Below, one piece after another: positions 10,228 through 20,123 of a stretch of 64,000 nt of DNA (positions are counted from its first letter, which is position 1; every line of letters begins with the position of its first letter). Position numbers and translations under genes: made by a program. The stretch is from Rhodospirillales bacterium. GTDB lineage: Bacteria > Pseudomonadota > Alphaproteobacteria > SMXQ01. The notes under the pieces were generated by a model. That model ran no database searches. It worked only from the letters and a program-made list of their open reading frames with translations, and was not told the origin of the DNA. Location of the stretch: NCBI GenBank assembly GCA_018666775.1, contig JABIXC010000011.1, positions 12,881-76,880 on the forward strand. The letters run 5' to 3'.

Positions 10228-10764
10228 CTAGCCAATCGCTACCACCCGGGTCTTGATGGCGGGGGTGGGTTCAGTGACTTCCAGAAAATCATCGGCCACC
10301 AGCCAAAACCCCAAATCCCGCGCAATTTCAGCAATTTCGCCCGGTTTTGCTAGAAAATCAGGATTGGATGGGCGGCCAAAATGGCCATTGCCTGACCCAA
10401 AGGTTTCATAAATCAACACCCCACCCGTATCGACCAATTTCATAGTCTGCAACAAGGTATCGCGGTGCAAATAATTCACCACCAACACGGCCTTGAATTT
10501 CTCATCCACAAATGGCCATGGCGTACCGTTTTCCAAATCCCATTCCAATACCTCCATCGCGCCCGCACGATCATCCAGCTGGGCCAATCCGCCACAATCG
10601 CGATCCACCGCCAACACCCGGTGCCCCCGATCCAACACGGCCATTGCATGGCGCCCCCGCCCCGCCGCCAAATCCAGCACGCGCGCTTCCCCCGCCCCAA
10701 TCCGAGACAAATGCTCCACCACCCAAGGGGACGGTGCGGGGATATCATGATTGGGATCGGTCAT
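10228..10764 (-). CDS. class I SAM-dependent methyltransferase
   Basis: VLDLAAGRGRHAMAVLDRGHRVLAVDRD (motif I) with an acidic loop. Its stop overlaps the start of the upstream gene. Confidence 0.75.
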   Translation of the reverse strand: MTDPNHDIPAPSPWVVEHLSRIGAGEARVLDLAAGRGRHAMAVLDRGHRVLAVDRDCGGLAQLDDRAGAMEVLEWDLENGTPWPFVDEKFKAVLVVNYLHRDTLLQTMKLVDTGGVLIYETFGSGNGHFGRPSNPDFLAKPGEIAEIARDLGFWLVADDFLEVTEPTPAIKTRVVAIG

Positions 10765-11861
10765 TCTCCAACAGGCTCCAAACGCAAGACGGCACCGTTG
10801 GGCTCGTCGGTTAGAAGATAGAGAAACCCGTCGGGGCCGTTGCGGACGTCGCGGATGCGGGTGTTGAATTTTTTTAACAACCGTTCTTCCGATGTGATGG
10901 TTTTTCCCTTCACGGTCAGGCGAACCAGAATTTTAGCCGCCAGCGCACCGACGAATAAATTGCCCTGCCATTTTGGAAAGGCCTTGCCGGTGTAAAACGC
11001 CATGCCGGACGGTGCGATAGACGGCACCCAGAATTTCAGGGGCTGTTCCATGTCCGGGTGATGGTGGCTGCCGCTGCCGATGGGAAAGCCCGCATACGAC
11101 ACCCCATGGGTAATCACCGGCCAGCCGTAATTGATGGCGGGTTTGATCAGGTTGACTTCATCGCCCCCACGGGCACCATGTTCATGGGCAAAAATGGCGC
11201 CGGTTTTTGGGTCCAGTGCCATGCCTTGGGGGTTGCGGTGGCCATAGGAATAAATTTCTGGAAAGGCATCGGTCCGCCCCACAAACGGATTGTCTTTGGG
11301 AACCCTGCCATCATCCATCAACCGGATCACCTTGCCCCGGTGGTCTTTTAAATTCTGGGCCGCATCTGGGGTGCCGCGCTCACCGGATGTGATAAACAAA
11401 TGCCCTGCCCGATCAAACACAAGACGCGATCCAAAATGGTGGCTGCTGTTGGTTGCGGGTTTGGCCTCAAATATATTGGTGACCTGGGTTAACCCCCCGC
11501 CAGATAATTTGGCGCGGATCACCCGGGTGGCACTGCCATCAGATTTAGATGCCGAATAAGAAAGATAGATCCATCGGTTTTTTGAAAACTGCGGATGCAC
11601 CACAACATCCAACAAGCCCCCCTGCCCACCGGCCACCACCGGGGGCAGGCCGGGAATGGGTTTGGGCAACAATTTACCCCCCGAAATACGCCGCAACCGG
11701 CCTCTGCGTTCGGTCACAATCAGGTCCCCATTGGGCAAAAAAGCGAGCCCCCATGGGTGGTCAAGACCCCGGGTAATCGTATAAAGGCGAAATTTGTGAT
11801 CCTGGGCGGTAAAAACCTGCGCCTGAATTGGCCGCACAAAGGCCATACCCGCCAGCATCAT
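10761..11861 (-). CDS. PQQ-dependent sugar (glucose/sorbosone) dehydrogenase, soluble beta-propeller type
   Basis: DHPWGLAFLPNGDLIVTERRGRLRRI and later HRNPQGMALDP motifs. The N-terminus MMLAGMAFVRPIQAQV is signal-like. The ORF that runs further upstream passes through tRNA-Phe and is an artefact. Confidence 0.75.
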   Translation of the reverse strand: MMLAGMAFVRPIQAQVFTAQDHKFRLYTITRGLDHPWGLAFLPNGDLIVTERRGRLRRISGGKLLPKPIPGLPPVVAGGQGGLLDVVVHPQFSKNRWIYLSYSASKSDGSATRVIRAKLSGGGLTQVTNIFEAKPATNSSHHFGSRLVFDRAGHLFITSGERGTPDAAQNLKDHRGKVIRLMDDGRVPKDNPFVGRTDAFPEIYSYGHRNPQGMALDPKTGAIFAHEHGARGGDEVNLIKPAINYGWPVITHGVSYAGFPIGSGSHHHPDMEQPLKFWVPSIAPSGMAFYTGKAFPKWQGNLFVGALAAKILVRLTVKGKTITSEERLLKKFNTRIRDVRNGPDGFLYLLTDEPNGAVLRLEPVGE

Positions 11862-11905
11862 AGCCAAGGCACATATCGATAAAATATTGATTTTAAAGGG
11901 AAAAA

Positions 11906-11981
11906 TGGTGCCCAGGGGCGGAATTGAACCACCGACACGAGGATTTTCAGTCCCCTGCTCTACCAACTGAGCTACCTGGGC
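11906..11981 (-). tRNA. tRNA-Phe (anticodon GAA)
   Basis: The manual cloverleaf is GCCCAGG/CCUGGGC acceptor, GCUC/GAGC D-stem, anticodon loop CUGAAAA and GGUUCAAUUCC T-arm, ending in CCA. Confidence 0.95.
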
Positions 11982-12048
11982 ATCGGGTGGCGTTATAGGG
12001 GCAATCTGGCCGCCTGTAAAGCCACCGTGAAGGGGACGGTTTGGATCA

Positions 12049-12306
12049 TTAATTTGTGTCTGCGTCTGGGTCATTCCCAAAGCCCTGTTCATCGCCTTCC
12101 GGGGGCTCTTCTGCCGGAATTCGATAGTCTTCCCGGAACCACCGGCCAAGGTCCAGATCGGCGCAGCGCTTTGAACAAAAGGGCCGATAAGCGATTTCCA
12201 TCGGCGCACCACAACTGATGCAAATCTTGCCCCGGGCCGCGGCCGGAAAATCAGCCACCACCGCGCCCTTGCCCGGTTTCTGCTTTGATTTGGTGTCTTT
12301 CGCCAT
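12049..12306 (-). CDS. yacG: DNA gyrase inhibitor YacG (zinc-ribbon protein)
   Basis: CISCGAPMEIAYRPFCSKRCADLDLGRWFREDYRIP matches the YacG signature. Confidence 0.75.
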   Translation of the reverse strand: MAKDTKSKQKPGKGAVVADFPAAARGKICISCGAPMEIAYRPFCSKRCADLDLGRWFREDYRIPAEEPPEGDEQGFGNDPDADTN

Positions 12307-12384
12307 GGAAAAATAATAATCAACCCTGTGTGTTTTCACAACTGACCTGTGTGCCTAGCACAGCTGGCCCGTGCACGGTCTCTC

Positions 12385-13593
12385 TTAATCTTCGACGCGG
12401 TCCAGTTGTTCGCGCAATGGCCCGGCCCCACGACGACGAGACAGTTCGACCAGACCAAGGGCCGAAAACCCTGTGGCTTCGATAAAGGCCGGGTCGCGCT
12501 TTAAGCCTTCCATGAGGCATTCAAGCACCTTTTCGCAATGGTCATCATTGTCCATATGAATGAAATCAATCACCACCATGCCGCCTTGATTGCGCAGGCG
12601 GAGCTGGCGCGGCAAATCATGGGCGGCTTCCATATTGGTTTCAAAGATGGTTTGCGCATGCCCACCGGCACCGTCATTGCGCCCGGTGTTGCGGCCTGAA
12701 TTAATATCGATGGCCGTCAATGCCTGGGTTTCCTCAATCAACATGGACCCCCCGCACGGCAAGGATACTTCCGTAGACAGTGCCGCATCAATTTCATCTT
12801 CAATGCCCAGCGCTTCGAACAAGGGATCTTCTTCACCCCAAAGTTCAATCTTGGTCGCAGCACCGGAAAGATAGGTTTCGAAAAAAGCCTTTGCTTCATT
12901 TTCCATGCCCGCATCATCCACCACGACCCGACGCAAGTTTTCATGGCCATGATCGCGCAGAACTTCTGAAAGCCCGACCCCTTCGCCATAAAGCAACAGG
13001 GGTGGCGTAGCACCGACCTTTGCTTGCTGGATACCGGCCCAGGTACTGCGCAAATTTTCTGCGTCCGCCTTCAACGCATCAACATCGGCATCTTCGGCAA
13101 CGGTGCGCACGATAAAACCCCCGTTTGCTTCATCCCCCCTAAAATCAGAGACGGTTTGTTCCAGCTTGGCGCGGGTATCATCATCGGTGATGCGCTTTGA
13201 AACGGCGATCCGGGGCTGGAACGGGGTGAACACCAGAAACCGCCCGGGAAGGCCAATGTTGCGCGTCAGCCCGGCCCCCTTGCCCGCCTGAGGGGCTTTG
13301 GTGACCTGAACCAGCACTTCAGCGCCTTCGTGGATGGCCGCATTGCGTTCGCTGTTCGCATCATCATTGTGACTGCGCTGTGACATAGACAAAAACCCTG
13401 ATTTATCGGTGCCAAGATCGACAAAACAGGCTTCCATGCCCTTTAAGATGCCGGTCACCCGGCCCAAAACCACATTGCCCACATGATCATTGCCGCCATC
13501 GCTCACCACGACCATCTGGATCACCTGGCCCGCTTCGCGCAGGGCGACATCCATACCACCGTCAAAGCGGCTGCAAATTATTTCATCGATCAT
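12385..13593 (-). CDS. rng: ribonuclease G (Rne/Rng family endoribonuclease)
   Basis: An N-terminal S1 domain (GNVVLGRVTGILKGMEACFVDLGTDKSGFL) and the conserved maf-rng gene order. The C-terminus ends shortly after LGLVELSRRRG. Confidence 0.8.
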   Translation of the reverse strand: MIDEIICSRFDGGMDVALREAGQVIQMVVVSDGGNDHVGNVVLGRVTGILKGMEACFVDLGTDKSGFLSMSQRSHNDDANSERNAAIHEGAEVLVQVTKAPQAGKGAGLTRNIGLPGRFLVFTPFQPRIAVSKRITDDDTRAKLEQTVSDFRGDEANGGFIVRTVAEDADVDALKADAENLRSTWAGIQQAKVGATPPLLLYGEGVGLSEVLRDHGHENLRRVVVDDAGMENEAKAFFETYLSGAATKIELWGEEDPLFEALGIEDEIDAALSTEVSLPCGGSMLIEETQALTAIDINSGRNTGRNDGAGGHAQTIFETNMEAAHDLPRQLRLRNQGGMVVIDFIHMDNDDHCEKVLECLMEGLKRDPAFIEATGFSALGLVELSRRRGAGPLREQLDRVED

Positions 13594-13596
13594 GGG

Positions 13597-14223
13597 TTAC
13601 TCTTCCTTTTTAAACCGGGTTTCCGGCACATAACAACCAAGCCCATCAAGCAGGGCATTCACTTCAAATAATGGCAATCCAACCACGTTGGAATACGACC
13701 CGTTCAGGGCCTTCACAAAGATGCTGGCAAGGCCCTGTATGGCATAGGCCCCGGCCTTGCCTTCCCATTCCCCCGAAGCGATATAGCGATCAATCTCGCA
13801 TGCTTCCAGACGTTTGAAAGAAACAGCGGTGGAGACAAGCCTTTCATGGGTTTTCCCATCGGGCGTGACCACGGCCACAGCACCCAGCACCCGGTGACGA
13901 CGCCCCGAAAGCAACGCAAGACATGCGCGGGCGGTTTGAGCATCATCACCTTTTGGCAGAATGCGCCGCCCACAGGCAACAACGGTATCCGCCCCCAAAA
14001 CAAACGCACCCCGGGATTCACTGCGCACCTCATCGCGTGCCGCAATGAGCTCAGCCTTTTCGCGGGCCATGCGCCCGGCATAAGCCACCGGGGTTTCACG
14101 CAGGCGCGGGGTTTCATCAATGTCGGGGGGTAAAATCAAATCAGGATCGCGACCGATCTGGACCAACAGGTCGCGGCGTCGCGGCGATGCGGAAGCAAGA
14201 ACGAACGTCTCCGGTGGCGCCAT
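13597..14223 (-). CDS. maf: Maf-like nucleoside triphosphate pyrophosphatase (septum formation protein)
   Basis: FVLASASPRRRDLLVQIG and later YAIQGLASIFV motifs, sited upstream of rng. Confidence 0.85.
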   Translation of the reverse strand: MAPPETFVLASASPRRRDLLVQIGRDPDLILPPDIDETPRLRETPVAYAGRMAREKAELIAARDEVRSESRGAFVLGADTVVACGRRILPKGDDAQTARACLALLSGRRHRVLGAVAVVTPDGKTHERLVSTAVSFKRLEACEIDRYIASGEWEGKAGAYAIQGLASIFVKALNGSYSNVVGLPLFEVNALLDGLGCYVPETRFKKEE

Positions 14224-14242
14224 GGTGCCCCCTCCGGGAGTT

Positions 14243-14467
14243 TTATTTGAAACGGAAAGTAATGCGCCCTTTGGTCAGGTCATAGGGAGTCATTTCCACA
14301 TTGACCTTATCGCCCACGAGAACGCGGATGCGATGCTTGCGCATTTTGCCTGAGGTATAGGCAAGGATTTCATGATCATTATCGTCGAGCTTAACGCGGA
14401 ACATCGCATTGGGAAGCAATTCGCTTACTTCGCCCGCAAATTCGATGGCATCGTCTTTTTTGGCCAT
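14243..14467 (-). CDS. infA: translation initiation factor IF-1
   Basis: A 74 aa protein reading [44 protein letters not shown]. Confidence 0.95.
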   Translation of the reverse strand: MAKKDDAIEFAGEVSELLPNAMFRVKLDDNDHEILAYTSGKMRKHRIRVLVGDKVNVEMTPYDLTKGRITFRFK

Positions 14468-14553
14468 TTTTACTCCAGTGGATTGTCAAGTTGGGGGACA
14501 ATGAGCGGGCAAGGCCCCAGCGTCAAGTCCCAAACAGGTCTTTTTCGGCCTTT

Positions 14554-15858
14554 TTAGCGTGAAAGAGGCAAATTCAAACGAATGGCGATGGATAACGCGT
14601 GCGCATCCAGACCTTCGGCTTCGGCCAAGGCAACCGCGCTTGGCCCAATGGCCCCAAGTGCTGCCCCATCACAGGCAATGATGGAACTGCGTTTGATGAA
14701 ATCAAACACCGAAAGGGGGGATGAAAAACGGGCCGAACGGTTGGTCGGCAAAACGTGATTGGGCCCGGCTACATAATCGCCCACTGCTTCAGGCGTAAAG
14801 CGCCCCATGAAGATCGCGCCCGCGTTGTTGACAGCATCGGCCAACGATTGCGGGTCTTCGACCGCCAGTTCAAGATGTTCCGGTGCGATGTCATCGACCA
14901 AGGCTGGCACCTGATCCAGACGATCCACGGTAATGATGACGCCATTTTCAGACCAACTGGTGCCCGCAATTTTTGCACGCGGCAATGTTTTAAGCCGTGC
15001 CGCAACCGCGTCTTCGACCCGGTCTGCAAACCCTGCATCATCGGTGATCAAAATAGACTGGGCGTTGGTGTCGTGTTCAGCCTGAGACAAAAGATCAATG
15101 GCAATCCAGTCGGGATCGTTTTCCCCATCGGCCACCACCAGAATTTCCGATGGGCCGGCAATCATATCGATGCCAACGGTGCCAAACACCTGGCGCTTGG
15201 CCGCCGCTACCCAGGCATTGCCGGGACCGGTAATTTTATCCACCGGGGCAATGGTATCGGTGCCATAGGCCAATGCACCCACGGCCTGTGCGCCGCCAAT
15301 GCGATAGGCTTCGGTGACGCCACTGATGCGGGCCGCCGCTAAAACCAGCGGGTTAATCACCCCGCCGGGTGCGGGCACCGCCATAGCGATCCGGGGAACA
15401 CCGGCAATGCGCGCTGGAATAACATTCATCAACACCGAAGACGGATAAGATGCCTTTCCACCGGGCACATAAACCCCAACTGCCCCAATGGGCCGCCAGC
15501 GCCAGCCAAGCCGCACGCCTTGCGCATCGACATAGCTTTCATCTTTTGGCATTTGGCGCTTGTGGTAATCTTCAATGCGCGACGCCGCCATTGAAAGCGC
15601 ATCCAGAGCATCTTTGGGACAGGCTTTTTCAGCCGCCGCCATTTCGTCTGCGCTAATTTTCATGGTGTCCGGTGTCAGCGCCAAATCATCGAAACGTTCG
15701 GTGTATTCGATCACCGCCCCATCACCACGGGTGCGCACCCCATCCAGAATTTTGGCAACATCGCCATTTACATCTGATGCTGCATCACTGCGCGCCGAAA
15801 GTTTGGCGGAAAATTTTGCCTTAAAATCAGAATCGGAAAAATTAAGTCTAGTTACCAT
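14554..15858 (-). CDS. hisD: histidinol dehydrogenase
   Basis: HisD family motifs throughout. The start was taken at the internal Met (MVTRLNF...) because the longer ORF overlaps hisG. Confidence 0.9.
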   Translation of the reverse strand: MVTRLNFSDSDFKAKFSAKLSARSDAASDVNGDVAKILDGVRTRGDGAVIEYTERFDDLALTPDTMKISADEMAAAEKACPKDALDALSMAASRIEDYHKRQMPKDESYVDAQGVRLGWRWRPIGAVGVYVPGGKASYPSSVLMNVIPARIAGVPRIAMAVPAPGGVINPLVLAAARISGVTEAYRIGGAQAVGALAYGTDTIAPVDKITGPGNAWVAAAKRQVFGTVGIDMIAGPSEILVVADGENDPDWIAIDLLSQAEHDTNAQSILITDDAGFADRVEDAVAARLKTLPRAKIAGTSWSENGVIITVDRLDQVPALVDDIAPEHLELAVEDPQSLADAVNNAGAIFMGRFTPEAVGDYVAGPNHVLPTNRSARFSSPLSVFDFIKRSSIIACDGAALGAIGPSAVALAEAEGLDAHALSIAIRLNLPLSR

Positions 15859-16546
15859 TGGCCGCACCATTGGCTGCACCCTTAACCGCAACACCAACGG
15901 CATCAATCAGGCTGTTGACCTCTTCGGTCCGGGTTTTCAATGCCGCGCGGTTAACCACAAGGCGCGAAGAAACCTCGGCGATGCGTTCCACCTCAACCAA
16001 TCCATTGGCAGCCATGGTCGCACCGGTGGATACCAGATCGACGATGCGTTGGCACAGCCCCAGCGATGGCGCCAATTCCATGGCACCGTTCAATTTGATA
16101 CATTCCGCCTGAACCCCGCGCGCGGCAAAATAGCTTCGGGTGATTTCAGGATATTTGGTGGCCACCCGAACGTGGGACCACCGTCTGGGATCATCGCTGG
16201 CCGCGGTTTCAATTGGTTCCGCTACCGCGATGTGACATTTGCCAATGCCCAGATCAAGGGGGGCATAAATTTCTGTGTAATCGAATTCATCCAAAACATC
16301 AGACCCTGCAATGCCCAATTGTGCGCCACCAAAGGCGACGATGGTCGCCACATCAAAAGACCGCACGCTGATAATATCGAGCATGGGATTGTTGGTGTGA
16401 AACCGCAGCTTGCGCGTTTTGGGGTTATCGAACTCTGCTTCCAGTTCAATCCCGGCAGCCGACAGCAACGGGCGCGCCTCTGTAAAGATGCGCCCCTTGG
16501 GCAGGGCCATTACCAATGGTTCGTTGTCACGCATGTCGTCACGCAT
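15848..16546 (-). CDS. hisG: ATP phosphoribosyltransferase (short form)
   Basis: [15 protein letters not shown] and later [10 protein letters not shown] motifs. It overlaps the hisD start by 11 bp. Confidence 0.85.
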   Translation of the reverse strand: MRDDMRDNEPLVMALPKGRIFTEARPLLSAAGIELEAEFDNPKTRKLRFHTNNPMLDIISVRSFDVATIVAFGGAQLGIAGSDVLDEFDYTEIYAPLDLGIGKCHIAVAEPIETAASDDPRRWSHVRVATKYPEITRSYFAARGVQAECIKLNGAMELAPSLGLCQRIVDLVSTGATMAANGLVEVERIAEVSSRLVVNRAALKTRTEEVNSLIDAVGVAVKGAANGAANGN

Positions 16547-16635
16547 TTTAGGTCTCTAAATCATTAAAAATTTCAGGGTATGCAATCAAAGCGCGGGATT
16601 ATTAGCGCGTTATGGCTCTCTGATCCAGTTGATCT

Positions 16636-17142
16636 TTATGGTGCATCCTCATCGGGGTGATGGGGTTGGCGCAAGGTGGGCCAGAATTCGCCCATGTCCT
16701 GGGCAAAAATATCGATCCCGGCAACCTCAAGACAGACGGCAGCATCACCAGAAAAGATCAGAGTCAGGGCATTGCCTTCGACCTGTATGTCCAGCACTTC
16801 CAGAATTTGGTCGTCATCACGGGCAGCAGCCTGTGAAAACCCTCTAATCTTCGTTTTTTCGACATTTTCGAAGGTAATTCCACATAAAACACGCTCGAAA
16901 ACAGGTTTTTCATCGATACCATCTATTTTTTGCGCGCCATCGGCGGGTTTTTCGGAAAAATCAACCCGTTCCCAGCAAAAACGGTTGGCAACCAGCACGA
17001 AACGGCGTTCATTGGGGATGAATTGCATGTCACAGACAGGCACCAGCGCATCTTGCAAGAATGCACCCAGCACGTCCAGATCATCGGAATCAATGGCGCG
17101 CAGTTTAAGCGGCTCTCGGCTCACCCTTCCCCCCTTTGACAC
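16636..17142 (-). CDS. DUF2948-family protein (conserved alphaproteobacterial protein upstream of murA)
   Basis: 168 aa. The family assignment is from memory of the conserved DUF2948-murA neighbourhood and is not verified. Confidence 0.45.
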   Translation of the reverse strand: MSKGGRVSREPLKLRAIDSDDLDVLGAFLQDALVPVCDMQFIPNERRFVLVANRFCWERVDFSEKPADGAQKIDGIDEKPVFERVLCGITFENVEKTKIRGFSQAAARDDDQILEVLDIQVEGNALTLIFSGDAAVCLEVAGIDIFAQDMGEFWPTLRQPHHPDEDAP

Positions 17143-17168
17143 GTATTACCCTCGACAGGGTTTTGAAA

Positions 17169-18455
17169 TTACTGTTTGAGACGAACAATATCTGCACCAC
17201 AGGCAGATAATTTATCTTCCAGTTTCTCATACCCTCGGTCCAGATGATAGACCCGGTTGACCACGGTTTCGCCATCGGCCACCAGCCCCGCCAGCACCAG
17301 GCTGACGGATGCCCGCAGGTCCGTTGCCATCACTTCGGCACCGGTCAGGCTTTTTTGGCCCCGCACCATGGCGGACCCCCCATGGACGGTAATATTGGCA
17401 CCCATGCGGCTGAGTTCCGGCACATGCATGAAGCGGTTTTCAAAAATGGTTTCGGTAATCATGGCAGCCCCCGATGCAACAGACATCATGGCCATCATCT
17501 GTGCTTGGAGGTCTGTGGGGAAACCGGGATAGGGTTCCGTCATCACATCAACGCCCTTGATCCGCCCACGGCCCAGCGACACCCTGAAACCCTTTTTGGT
17601 CTCCGTCACTTTGATGCCGGCCATGCGAAGCACATCAATCAGGGCTTCATTGTGGGCGATATCGGGACCAACCAGCTCTACGTCGCCCCCCGTCATCGCC
17701 GCCGCCATGGCATAGGTGCCGGTTTCAATCCGGTCTGCGATCACATTATGGGTGGCACCGTGCAAAGATTTATTGCCCTGAATGGTCAGGGTATCGGTAC
17801 CCAGACCATTGATTTCGGCCCCCATGGCAATCAAACATTTGCCAAGATCCGTCACTTCCGGCTCTTTTGCCACATTGGACAGCACGCTTTCCCCACGGGC
17901 AAGACATGCAGCCATCATCAGGTTTTCCGTAGCGCCCACAGAAATAAACGGGAAGACCACATGGCCGCCCTTCAATCCCTTTGGCGCGCGCGCCTCGATA
18001 TAGCCATTTTGGACATCAATTTTGGCGCCCAGTTGTTCCAGACCTTTCAGGTGCAAATCCACGGGCCGGTTGCCGATGGCACAGCCGCCCGGCAAAGACA
18101 CCCGGGCAACCCCTTCGCGGGCCACCAAACCACCCAACACCAGAACCGATGCACGCATCCGGCACACCAGATCATAGGGCGCCGTGGTCGATGCAATTTT
18201 ACCTGCCTTCAGGCTCAACACCCGGCCAAAGTGCCCGCCATTGGGGGCATCGCCCTCCATGGCAATTTCCACGCCCAGCTCGCCCAGCAAGCTGGCCATG
18301 GTTGATATGTCTGCAAGATGGGGCAGATTGCCAAGCAACAATGGCTCTTCTGATAACAGGCTGGCCGCCATCAACGGCAGGCCCGCATTCTTGGCACCTG
18401 AGATGGGGATTTTACCCTTAAGGCGTTTGCCGCCCCTGATCCGAATTCTATCCAT
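17169..18455 (-). CDS. murA: UDP-N-acetylglucosamine 1-carboxyvinyltransferase
   Basis: [31 protein letters not shown] and a C-terminal [13 protein letters not shown], at 428 aa. Confidence 0.95.
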   Translation of the reverse strand: MDRIRIRGGKRLKGKIPISGAKNAGLPLMAASLLSEEPLLLGNLPHLADISTMASLLGELGVEIAMEGDAPNGGHFGRVLSLKAGKIASTTAPYDLVCRMRASVLVLGGLVAREGVARVSLPGGCAIGNRPVDLHLKGLEQLGAKIDVQNGYIEARAPKGLKGGHVVFPFISVGATENLMMAACLARGESVLSNVAKEPEVTDLGKCLIAMGAEINGLGTDTLTIQGNKSLHGATHNVIADRIETGTYAMAAAMTGGDVELVGPDIAHNEALIDVLRMAGIKVTETKKGFRVSLGRGRIKGVDVMTEPYPGFPTDLQAQMMAMMSVASGAAMITETIFENRFMHVPELSRMGANITVHGGSAMVRGQKSLTGAEVMATDLRASVSLVLAGLVADGETVVNRVYHLDRGYEKLEDKLSACGADIVRLKQ

Positions 18456-18468
18456 ACGCGTCTGTGAC

Positions 18469-19023
18469 CTAAAGCTTGGGCAGGGTCACGCCCTTTTGAC
18501 CCATATATTTACCGGCGCGATCAGCATACGACACGTCGCAATCGCCCTCACCCTTGAAGAACAAGAACTGACACGCACCTTCATTGGCATAAATTTTTGC
18601 GGGCAACGGCGTCGTGTTTGAAAATTCCAATGTCACGTGGCCTTCCCATTCCGGCTCCAACGGGGTCACGTTGACGATGATGCCGCATCGGGCGTAGGTG
18701 GATTTTCCCAAACAGACCACCAACACGTCGCGGGGAATGCGGAAATATTCCACCGTGCGGGCCAGCGCAAAACTGTTGGGCGGAATAACGCAAACCGGGC
18801 CTGGGCGATCGACAAAGCCCTTTTGGTCGAAATCTTTTGGATCGACGATGGCCGAATCGACATTGGTGAAAATCTTGAATTCTTCGGAAACCCGGGCGTC
18901 ATAACCATAAGAAGACACCCCATAAGAGATCACGCCATCACGCTTCTGGGCTTCAACGAAAGGCTCGATCATACCGTGATTTGTTGCCTGATCCCTGATC
19001 CAGGCGTCGGGCAAGATGCCCAT
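18469..19023 (-). CDS. dcd: dCTP deaminase
   Basis: A 184 aa protein with [14 protein letters not shown] and GKSTYARCG motifs. Confidence 0.9.
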   Translation of the reverse strand: MGILPDAWIRDQATNHGMIEPFVEAQKRDGVISYGVSSYGYDARVSEEFKIFTNVDSAIVDPKDFDQKGFVDRPGPVCVIPPNSFALARTVEYFRIPRDVLVVCLGKSTYARCGIIVNVTPLEPEWEGHVTLEFSNTTPLPAKIYANEGACQFLFFKGEGDCDVSYADRAGKYMGQKGVTLPKL

Positions 19024-19059
19024 AAAGCATTCTCCTGTTTCTAGCCAGTTACTGGCTTT

Positions 19060-19248
19060 TTATCGACCACCGCCACCGGGACGGCGGAGGGTCTTTTTCG
19101 CAGATAAGTTCATGGCGTGCTTTTGCGCCTTGCGACGATGCAAGTTGGTGCGCAAAGCCTCGCCCTGGCGCGATTTTCGTGCGGCCAGCAATGCTTCTGC
19201 ATTTTTCTTGAGATTGCTTTTCTCGTCGGGCTTTTCATCATCACTCAT
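19060..19248 (-). CDS. small basic hypothetical protein
   Basis: Lys/Arg-rich 62 aa ORF (MSDDEKPDEKSNLKKNAEALLAARKSRQ...). No recognisable family. Confidence 0.3.
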   Translation of the reverse strand: MSDDEKPDEKSNLKKNAEALLAARKSRQGEALRTNLHRRKAQKHAMNLSAKKTLRRPGGGGR

Positions 19249-19454
19249 GAAACGGAGAATACGCCGGGCACGCAGAACTGGCAACCGCAAGGGCGCAATT
19301 TTTTACCCCAATCCATGCCATTTTGAAAAACCACGGACCAGATCCGCGTTACGGCACAAATTGCGCCATATTCATGATCTATTTACCCAAATTTTCTATA
19401 CATTAACCGTATTGCGCCGCCATGATCCTTATGGCATGTTGCGCAACTTCTCGG

Positions 19455-19529
19455 GCCGCAGTAGCTCAGGGGCAGAGCACTCCCTTGGTAAGGGAGAGGC
19501 CGGCGGTTCGATTCCACCCTGCGGCACCA
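19455..19529 (+). tRNA. tRNA-Thr (anticodon GGT)
   Basis: GCCGCAG/CUGCGGC acceptor stem, anticodon loop UUGGUAA, GGUUCGAUUCC T-arm, A73 and CCA. Confidence 0.95.
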
Positions 19530-19564
19530 TTCTTTTTCTACAAATTCAAAGACATTCCGGGGCT

Positions 19565-19903
19565 TTAGCCAAGGTCGGGGAAGATGTGTGTGCCGTCCTC
19601 GTCCAAAGCCAAAGGGTCGGTTTTGGTGACGGCGGAAACGGGGAGACCGCCATAGACATGGGGGAATAAAATCCCGCCGCGGGCTTCTTCCCACTTTACC
19701 GCATCGCCCAGTGGGTCTGGATCAACGCTTAACAATATCAATCCATCCTGACCGGCACGGTGTTTTGCGGCGCTGGCAACGATGTGCTCAGCCGTTGAAA
19801 AATGGATGAAGCCGTCTGCGATATCCTGGGATGATCCGCCATACACCCCTGCTGCCTCTGCGGCCTGCCATTCTTCAGCCTTGCACATGTGATAGATGAT
19901 CAT
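19565..19903 (-). CDS. DUF952-family protein
   Basis: 112 aa, MIIYHMCKAEEWQAA... Family recalled from memory. Confidence 0.5.
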   Translation of the reverse strand: MIIYHMCKAEEWQAAEAAGVYGGSSQDIADGFIHFSTAEHIVASAAKHRAGQDGLILLSVDPDPLGDAVKWEEARGGILFPHVYGGLPVSAVTKTDPLALDEDGTHIFPDLG

Positions 19904-19987
19904 TGTTTGTAATCCTGTTTTGAAATCTTGTGGTTCATTGTCCCCATTTTGGCCCTTTCTTCAATAATCTTTCCCCGTACGTTGATC

Positions 19988-20074
19988 CACAATTTATACG
20001 CGTACAACTGTGTATAAATTTGTGCAAAATAATTATAACACTATAATATATATAGATATTATTCGTACGCGTAC
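19988..20074. promoter_or_regulatory. AT-rich intergenic island carrying an imperfect 12-bp inverted repeat (CACAATTTATAC / GTATAAATTTGTG) and repeated (T)ACGCGTAC palindromes
   Basis: Read directly in the sequence. The 220-bp spacer is about 35% GC, against about 57% for the surrounding window. Confidence 0.25.
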
Positions 20075-20123
20075 TATCATAATACACGTACAGACTCAGC
20101 CCCATTCGAGGCGTGAAACGGGG

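Noticed and set aside
10761-12323. 520 aa ORF on the minus strand
   Set aside because: It reads straight through tRNA-Phe (residues DAQVAQLVEQGTENPRVGGSIPPLG are the tRNA translated). Only the part downstream of the tRNA (10761-11861) is a real gene.
15575-16567. 330 aa plus-strand ORF
   Set aside because: Antisense to hisG and hisD.
17244-18305. 353 aa plus-strand ORF
   Set aside because: Antisense to murA. It is His/Gly/Arg-rich with no motifs, a typical high-GC shadow ORF.
19016-19694. ORFs 19016-19669 (+) and 19383-19694 (-)
   Set aside because: They overlap tRNA-Thr and its promoter region and have Arg/Ser-rich, non-protein-like composition.
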